From contig JBKPLI010000107.1 of NCBI GenBank assembly GCA_046731555.1, positions 1 to 45,414 of the forward strand: 45,414 nt of DNA, given 5' to 3'. The notes beneath the pieces were generated by a model. The model was not told the DNA's origin, did not search any database, and worked only from the letters and a program-made list of their open reading frames with translations. Both the position numbers and the translations under genes were made by a program. Below are positions 1 through 9,300 of this stretch, piece by piece; positions within the stretch are counted from its first letter, which is position 1; each line of letters starts with the position of its first letter. The DNA comes from Actinomycetota bacterium. GTDB taxonomy: Bacteria; Actinomycetota; Thermoleophilia; Gaiellales; Gaiellaceae.

Positions 1-225
1 GTCGGCAGGTGCGACGTCGCCGCGCCGGCCGCGCAGCCGCCCGCGAGCCCGGGCGCCTCGCGTGGCGAGCACGGGAACGGCAACCCCGAGCCGGGGTCGC
101 CGCCTGCGGTCCCGCCGGGTCAGGCGAAGGCCGAGGACGAGCCGCACGCCAAGAGCGAGGAGCCGCACGGCCGGAGCGACGAGCCGCACGGCCGGAGCGA
201 CGAGCCGCACCAGAAGGGCAAGTAG
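1..225 (+). CDS. 3' end of a CDS entering from the left edge; Pro-rich tail ending in four (D/E)EPH(A/G)(K/R)S heptads
   Basis: Frame 1 is open from nt 1 to TAG 223-225. It is absent from the ORF track because it has no Met. Nearly every codon ends in G/C, like the neighbouring genes. Translation ends ...GQAKAEDEPHAKSEEPHGRSDEPHGRSDEPHQKGK*. Confidence 0.5.
   Translation, partial: VGRCDVAAPAAQPPASPGASRGEHGNGNPEPGSPPAVPPGQAKAEDEPHAKSEEPHGRSDEPHGRSDEPHQKGK
139..210 (+). repeat. Coding tandem repeat with 21-bp period (GAGCCGCAC core at 139, 160, 181, 202; perfect 21-mers at 160-180 and 181-201)
   Basis: Direct reading: gagccgcacggccggagcgac occurs twice back to back, flanked by degenerate or partial copies. 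It is in frame with the 1-225 CDS. Confidence 0.85.
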
Positions 226-351
226 CGGCCTCCTCGCCGGGCGCTCGAGCCCGGACAGAACATTCGCGCAAGTTTCGGCGGCCTCAGGTGTTTAAGCCTG
301 ACGAGGTCCTGCGGCCGACTCGAAAACGAAGGTTCACCGGGGAGGCAGGCA

Positions 352-3300
352 ATGAGAGGGAGAGGTCCCGTCGGTCGGAGGGCGCGGCTCGCGCTCGCCC
401 TCGTACCCGCGCTGTTCGTGCTGCTCGTGGCGGGGTTGAGCTCCTCGCAGGCGGCCGATCCGCCGCTCGGCGACGCCACGTCGGCGTCGGATGTCAGCTC
501 CGGGCTGCAGTCGCTCGCACAGAGCCTCGGCGGTCTCGGCGGTCTCGACGAGCTCGGGCAGAACGTGCCCTTCACGGACTTGGCGCCGACCGGCGCAAAC
601 GGGCTTGCGTTCGCGAACGCGTTCGTCCAGTCGCTGAAGAACCAGCTCAACGGGCAGGTCTTCTCCTCGCTGACCGAGCTGCAGTCGTACCTCAACGACC
701 CCGCGCGCGACGGCACGTTCGCCGGCGTCCACGTCGACGTCGGCGCACCCGCGCTCTCGCAGGCGGGCGGCATCTACTCGCTCGGCCTCTCGCTCGACCT
801 GACGCGCCCCGGCGCGTCGACCCCGATCAAGCTCGACACGTCCGCCGTCGACGTCGACGGCGGCTCGGTCGCCCTGTCGCTGCACACCACCGCCTCCCTC
901 ACGGTCAACTACGACCCGGCCCAGCCGGCCGCGACCCGCGTCTACCTCAACGGCGCCTCGAACCCGAAGGTCGACACGACGATCACCGCGACGGCGAACT
1001 TCACCTCGAGCCCGTTCCACGTGAACCTCGGCTTCACCGACGTCGCCGTCGGCGGGACCGTCGACGTCGGCGCAAGCGTCGGCGCCGCGATCCTCGATCC
1101 CGACGGCAACGGCCGCATCACGGCGGACGAATGGTCCTCGACGGCCGCCGTCAACCAGTTCGACGTCTCGTTCGGCAGCACGCACGCGAACGCGGCGCTC
1201 ACGCTGACGTCGGACATCCAGACGCCGCTCGGCGGCTCGCTCCCGGCCGCCACGATCAGCGTCACCGACAACGACCTCACGAACGGTGTGAACACGCCGA
1301 ACGTGTCGCTCGGCGCGCTCGGCGACTTCAAGAACATCCAGCCGCAGGACTTCCTGTCGGGCATCGGCTCGGTCGCCGTGATGATGTCGGCGCTCGAGTC
1401 GACCGGTCCCGCCGGGTTCAGCTTCCCGTTCCTGCACCACGACCCGAACGACCACGCCAACCCGATCGTCGAGCACCTCGGCGACGCCGCGAAGTTCAAC
1501 GAGCGGCTCGTCAAGTTCTTCCAGGACAACAACCTTTCGTCGACCGACGACCCGCTCTCGCTCGTGCTCGACCCGAGCGCGCTCGCGAACGTCGACACGA
1601 TCCAGGAGGTCTCGACGAAGCTCGAGACGGCGCTCGGCATGTCCGCGGGCGACTTCGGGCTCCGCTACGACCCCGGCACGAAGCGGCTGACCTTCGCGAT
1701 CAAGGTCCAGCGCAACGCGTCGCACGACCCGATCACGCCGATCTCGGCGCGCGTCGACGTGGCCGACCTGCTGAAGAACATCGGGCTCACCGACCTCGTC
1801 GAGAACGGCTCGTCGCTGCAGGCGACGGTCAGCCCGGACTACAAGATCGACGTCGGCGTCGGGGTCGACCTGAACCCGGCCGGCGGGCAGTCGATCTCAC
1901 AGCGGTTCTTTGTCGACACGAGCGGCACGGAGTTCGAGGCGAACGCGCCCATCAGCGCGAACCTCAACCTCGTCGGCCGCATCGGCTTCCTCGGCATCCA
2001 GGCGAAGAGCCAGCTCGGCGGCGTCGACTCGGCGGTGCAGCTGCTCGCGCCCGCCGACGTGAGCAAGCCGATGGTCAAGCTCGACCTGAACGGCGGCCCG
2101 GACGACCGGCTGACGCTGAAGGAGGTCTTCGACGCGCTCGGGTCGCAGCAGTCCGCGACCGACCCGCTCAGCATCCTCAACGCGTCGAGCGCCGCCGACG
2201 TCGTGAACGCGGCGGTGCCGCCGTTCGACCTGCGTGCGGCCGCGACGATCAACGACGCCGGCACGAACGTCGTCAGCGGCACGGCGCACGTGCGCTGGAA
2301 CAACGTGCTCGACCCGTCGACGCTCATCCTCGACGCGGACGCGTCGTTCAACGACGAGCTTCTCGACTTCGACTTCGACCCGGACAACCCCGCGGCGATG
2401 TTCACGAAGATCCTCGAGGTCCTCGGGCCGTTCACGCACCAGCTCGCCGACCTCGCGAACACGAACCCGGCGCTGCAGGAGAAGCTGCCGGTGATCAACA
2501 AGAGCTTCGCCGACCTCGTCACGCAGTTCGACACGCTGCGCGACCAGGTCGACGACCTCGCGACCGACCCGGCGGGCTTCCTCCAGCAGTTCGAGGCGCT
2601 CGTCGAGGACAAGATCGCCGAGGCGTTCGGCATCCCGGACGCCGTCAAGGACCAGATCCTCGACATCGAGGCGCAGCACAACTCGCCGACGGCTGTGATC
2701 TTCCACCTCGCGTTCGGCATCTGCGGGCAGCCGGCGAGCGCGCCGGCGGATCCCGCCTGCTCGATCACGCACGAGCTGCGCCAGCCGCTCAACTTCGACC
2801 TGCCCGACGTCGGCGGCCTCGTCGGCGTCGAGAACCAGGGCGAGGTGCAGCTGACGGCGAAGGCGATCGCCAAGCTCACGTTCGGCGTCCAGCTCCCGGA
2901 CGTGGCGCCGAACCCGGGCGGCCCGCCGTCGATCGGGGGCGCGCCGGAGCTGTTCGTCTCGACGAACCCGGCCGACACCGCGATCAACCTCGACGTGGCC
3001 GCGGACGTGCAGACGACGCTGAGCGCGTCGATCGGCCCGCTCACGTTCTCGCTCGGCAAGGGCTCGGCGCCGGAGACGGCGTGCGGCGCCGACACCGTCG
3101 ACGACGACCACGACGGCGCGCTCAACGACGGCTGCGCGCCGGTCGATCAGCCGGAGGACGCGCTCGCCGGCCAGTGCTCGAACACGGACGACGACGACGG
3201 GGACGGCGCCTTCAACGACGGCTGTCCCGCCGCCGGCATGCCCGTCACGGCTCGCCTCGGGGCGAAGTTCCACCTCTCGCACGACACCGGCGGCGACCAC

Positions 3301-6300
3301 CGCCTGACGATCGACCCGACGGACGTCTCGAACCTGACCGACTGGCTCGGGGACACGGTGCCGACCTCGCTGGACGACTTCCGCCCGGCGACGCAGGTCA
3401 CGTGCCCCGGGATCAGCGGCAGCTTCGACGCGTGCGCGTCGATCCCGGTGTTCGCCGGCGTCGACCCGAACGCCGCAACGCTCGGGAGCATCACGTTCAC
3501 CGCCGACAAGATCCTCGACCCGTCGACGTGGAACGCGAACGTCGACCCGGACATCGTCAGCAACATCCTCGGCGCGAACCTCGACTGGACCACGCTGGTC
3601 CACGGGATCAAGATCGTCTCGCACAACCTCGAGTCGACGCTCGACGCCAGCACGTACGGCGGTCAGGAGCTCCCGGTCGTCGGGCACGCGCTCGACGGCG
3701 GCGCCGCGATCGTCCACAACTTCAACGAGAAGATCGTCGACCCGATGGACGCGCTGGCGACCCAGATCGAGAGCCAGGGCAGCTTCGGCGCCATCCAGGA
3801 CGAGATCAAGAGCTTCCTCGTCTCGCACATCGGCACCGACACCACGACGGCGTTCCACCTCCTCAAGTACGGCGGCGGCAACGCCGAGGCCGACGCGACG
3901 GACGTCGAGGTGCGCCTCCTGTGCGGCACCGACGAGCACACGTGCGTCTCCGGCACGGACGGGCTCGCGTCGATCAGCGACGCGCAGATCCGTTTCGCGG
4001 TCGGCGGCGACGTCGTCAACCGCGACCTCGATTTCGACATCGGCTTCCCGGGCCTGCGCCTGACGGTCGACAAGTCGTCGAACGCGGACGAGAACCTGCG
4101 GGCGACGGTCGGCTACCGCCTCGACGTCAACTTCGGGCTCTCGAAGAAGTACGGCTTCTACATCCAGACCGACGACCCGGCGCCGGGCCGCGCGGAGGAG
4201 TTGACGCTCACCGCGGCGGTCGACATGCCGGACTCGGCGCACGGCGACATCGCGTTCCTGCGTCTCGACATCTCGAACAACCAGGACCAGGCGACGCACG
4301 ACGACCTGTTCCTGCAGCTCGCCGGCGACATCAAGGGCGGCGACACCGACGCCGCCGACGGCAACCACAAGAAGCTCGGCCTCGACGACCTCGCCTCGAG
4401 CGACCCGTCGAAGGCGGCCGATGTCGCGGTCTCCGTGTCCGGCGGGGTCGACCTCGACCTGCACCTGATCACGTCGATCCAGATGCCGGAGGGCATCTCG
4501 CTCGGCGGCGCCGAAGGTGCGCTGCCGAAGCTGCTCGCCGACTTCCAGCTCTCGTGGCAGTTCGGCGCCGGCGTCAGCCTGAACGGCGGCCTCGACCCGG
4601 AGAGCGGCGCGCAGCCGCTCGAGATCGGGTTCCAGAACATCCAGCTCGACCTCGGGCAGTTCTTCCAGGAGTTCCTCGGGCCGATCGTGCGCGAGGTGCA
4701 GCGGTGGACGAAGCCGCTGCAGCCTGTGATCGACACGATCAGCGCTCCGATCCCCGGCATCTCCGACCTGTCCGAGCTGGCGGGCGCCGGGCCGATCACG
4801 ATGCTCGACTTCCTCGAGCACGCGACGGGCGCGGACCTCACGGTGATCAGGCAGATCATCAAGCTGATCAACGTCGTCAACAACCTGCCGACGAGCGGCT
4901 CGCTCGTCGGCCTCGGCGACTTCGGGCTCGACGAGGACGCGGTGCAGGGGCCGGCCTCGACGGGCGACAACGCCGACAAGCTGATCGACCACGGCGACGA
5001 GTCGAACCCGACGAACGTCTTCACGACGCCGAGCCAGTGCACGCCGTCCTGCTCGATCTCGAACGGCGGCGCGTTCACGACGGCAATGGCGCAGGATCCG
5101 GCTGAGGACGACGGCGCCGGCCTGCACTTCCCGGCGTTCGAGCAGCCGAAGCAGCTGTTCGGCCTCCTCGTCGGCAAGGACGTCACGCTGATCGAGTTCG
5201 ACGCGGGGACGCTGCGCGCGAGCGCCGGCCTCGACATCACGATCGGGCCGTTCCCGGCCGGGCCGGTGCCGGTCTCGATCATCGTCGGCGGCTCGTTCGG
5301 CGTCGAGGGCCACTTCGCGATCGGCTACTCGACGCGCGGCATCCGCCTCGCGGTGAAGGCGCTGACGGATGACGACGTCGCGAACGACAGCTTCTTCAAC
5401 GTCACCGGCCTGCTCTTCGACGGCGTCTTCTTCGACGACGTCAACGCGGCCGGCGACGACGTGCCCGAGATCCGCCTCACCGCGGAGATCCACGCGGGAG
5501 CCGAGGTCGACATCGTGATCGCGTCCGCGGGCGTGATCGTCGGCCTGAAGGCGACCGTGGACCTGAACCTCCACGACGGCGGCAGACCGACCGACCCCGC
5601 GAACGTCGACGGCAAGCTCTACATCGACGAGATCGCGAAGATGCTCAACAACCCGATCTGCATCTTCGACGTGGACGGCGCGCTCGACGCGTTCGTGAAG
5701 TTCTTCGTCACCGTCGGGATCAGCCCGTTCGACGCGTCCTTCACGATCACGCTGGTCGAGGTGCGCCTGCTCGACATGAAGGCGATCACCGACCCGATCT
5801 GCGAGCACCCGCCGCCCCCGCACCTCGCGGTCGAGGACGACGGCTCGAAGACGCTGATCCTGAAGATCGGCCCGAACACGCCCGGCCGAAACGTGGCCGA
5901 CGGCGGACCCGGAGGCGACCTCGAGACAGACGAGAAGGTCGTCGTGCGCCAGCTCGACAACGGACCCGGACCGGGGCACCGCTTCTCCGTGACCGCCTTC
6001 GGCATCACGCAGGAGTACCCGGAGGAGGGCCACCCGCCGATCGAGCGGATCTTCGCCGACGGCGGCGAGGGCAAGGACTCGATCCTGATGGACAAGGGCG
6101 TGTCCAGCACGAACACGGCCGCCACGTCCGACAAGCCGGCCGGTGGCATCGACTCCGAGTCGTTCCCCGTCACCGTGCCGGTCGAGATCTGCGGCGGCGG
6201 CGACGTCGACAAGATCCAGGGCGGCGACGCCGTCGACAAGCTCGTCGGCGACGGCCACCGCGACGGCAGCAACCTGCACTGCGTCTCCGCCGAGAACAGC

Positions 6301-9300
6301 TCGGGCGACGAGGCGCACGCCGACGGCGGCGACAACCTCGGCGGCGGGAAGGGCGGCGACGCGCTCGACGGCAACGGCGGCGCGGACACGCTCGGCGGCG
6401 CCGAGGGCGACGACACGGTCAACGGCGGCTCCGGCGGCGACGTCGTCACCGGCGGAGAGGGCCACGACACGATCAACGGCAACGGCGACAACGACTCGCT
6501 CGACGGCGGGCCGGAGCAGGATCCCGACAAGGGCGTCGTCTCGGTCGCGTCCGTCAGCGACGTGATCAGCGGCGACGCCGGCGACGACACGCTCGACGGC
6601 GGCTTCGGCGACGACACGCTGAACGGCGGCTCCGAGAAGGACCACCTCTCGGGCGGCAACGGCGTCGACCACGAGAACGGCAACGCCGGCGACGACGTGA
6701 TCGTCGGCGGGAAGGCCGGAGACGTCATCTCCGGTGGCACCGAGAACGACGTCGTGTTCGGCGAAGACGGCAGCGACACGATCAACGGCGACGCCGGCAA
6801 CGACGACATCGTCGCCGGCAAGGACGACTCGGCCGGTCCCGGCACGGGCGACCACGTCGACGGCGGTCCGAACCGCGACTACATCCTCGGCGACGAGGGC
6901 CTCATCACTCGCACGTCGGGCAACGCCGACGGCACGATCGCGCCGAGCGGCACCTTCGTCGGCAACGACGTGCTCGCCGGCGGAGCCGAGGGCGACGTGG
7001 TCTACGGCGAGTTCGGCGCGGATCAGATCGACGGCAACGCCGGCGGCGACGAGCTGCACGGCAACGTCGGCGTCGACACGATGAACGGCGGCACCGAGGA
7101 CGACGTGATGTTCGGCGACGCGGGCGACGACGTCATGAACGGCAACCCGGGCGTCGACACGATGCGCGGCGGCACCGAGGCCGACACGATGCACGGCAAC
7201 GAGGACGGCGACTTCATGTTCGGCGACTCCGGCGTGGACACGATGTTCGGCGACGCCGGCGACGACGTGATGCGCGGCGGCATCGACGCCGACGTCATGC
7301 ACGGCAACGGCGACCACGACGTCATGAACGGCGACGACGCCGCCGACCAGATGTTCGGCGACGCCGGGCCGGACACGATGCACGGCGACGCGGCCGACGA
7401 CTACATGGAGGGCAACGCCGACGTGGACACGATGACGGGCGACGTCGGGCAGGACGACATGCTCGGCGGCTCGGGCAACGCGGGCCAGGCCGACACCGGC
7501 GACGTCATGAACGGCGGCGACGGCGTCACGCCGAGCCTGACGCAGGACTTCGACGTGCTCGTCGGCGACAACGGCAAGATCGAGCGGCCGGCCGTCGCGC
7601 CGAAGGTCACCGGCGCGAAGGTGCGCTCGGTCACGATCTACGAGCTCGACTCGAGCGACGCGTCGGTGTACGGCGGCGACACGATGTCGGGCGACCAGTC
7701 CGACGACGAGCTGTACGGCGGCGGCGCCGGCGACACGATCCACGGCAACGCCGGCGACGACTACGAGGAAGGCAATCCCGCGAACGACTCGCTGTTCGGC
7801 GACCAGGGGCAGGACGACCTCATCGGCGGCACGTCGCAGGACGGCGGCGGCCATCCCGACGGGAGGGACTGCATCCAGGGTGACGAGCGGTCGAACGACT
7901 GCGGCCCCGCCGGGTCCGGAGGCGGGTCCGGGACCGGCGGGACCGGAGGGGGTGCGCCGGCGGGCGACGTGATCTCCGGCGACAACGCCTCCATCGCCCG
8001 CTCGGCGAACGCGGCGAACACCGACTGGGTCCGCGACAACTTCGGCGGCGGGGCAGACGGCCTCGTGCGCCGGACGGTGACGCGGTACGACCAGAACTCG
8101 CCGAACGAGGCAGTCGTCGCCGGCGGCGACGTGATCTTCGGCGACGACCAGCCGGACGTGATCTTCGGCCAGGGTGGCGACGACACGATCTCCGGCGGCA
8201 ACGGCGACGACACGATCCAGGGCAACTCGAACGCCGGCGGCAGCCCGGCCGGCGCCGGCTCGGCACTGCCGGGCGACACGATCCACGGCGACGCCGGCCA
8301 GGACGACATCACCGGCGGAACGAACGACCCGGCGATCTACGACGGGCCCGACACGATCTTCGGTGACGGCGCCGAGGACGTGGTCGGCGGCGACAACGCG
8401 ATCATCGAGCGGCAGAAGACCGCCGGCGGCCAGTGGATCCGGACGGACCGGCGGCTCGGCGAGACGCTCCAGGTCGTCGGCCGCAACGTGACGCTGCTCA
8501 ACGTCGACGTCGCGACGGCCGCGGCGCCGCCGGCGAGCAGCTCGGGCGGCGACGCCATCTCGGGCGGCGACGGCTACGACCAGCTCTTCGGTCAGGGCAG
8601 CGCCGACACCGTGCACGGCGACGGTGGCGACGACTACGTCGAGGGCAACGCGGCCGGCGACACGCTGTGGGGCGACCTCGGCGAGGACGACGTCGCCGGC
8701 GGCGGCTCCGCGAACGACGGCGTCATCGACGCCGACCGCGTGGGCGAGGACCTCCGCGACGCAAACGACGCGATCCACGGCGACGCAGGCGATGCGGGCG
8801 TCGGGAGCGGCGACGCGATCGCGGGCGACAACGCGCGGATCCTCCGGCCGACCACGCCCGCCGGGCTGTGGCGGACGGACGCCGACCGCGGCACGACCAT
8901 CCGCGACGTCCTGCTGTTCGACGTGCAGACGGTCGGCGGCGCCGGCGGCTTCACCGCACCGCCAGACGCGAACGGCGCCGACACCGTCTTCGGCGAAGGC
9001 GGCCCCGACGAGGCGTTCGGCCAGGGCAACGGCGCGGCCGACAACGCGTGGGGTACCGAGTCCGGCGCGGCGGGCACGGCGAACTGCTTCGACGGAGCCG
9101 ACAACGGCGACGCGAACGACCCGTTCAACCCGCTCGCCGACCTCAGCGACCCGAACTGCCGCGCGGCGACGCCGAACGGCGACCAGCTGTACGGCCAGTC
9201 GGGCGCCGACTACCTCGAGGGCAACCAGGGCTCCGACCTCGTCTCCGGCGGCGAGGCCGAGGACGACGTGATCGGCGGCAGCTCCTCGAGCACCGGCCGC

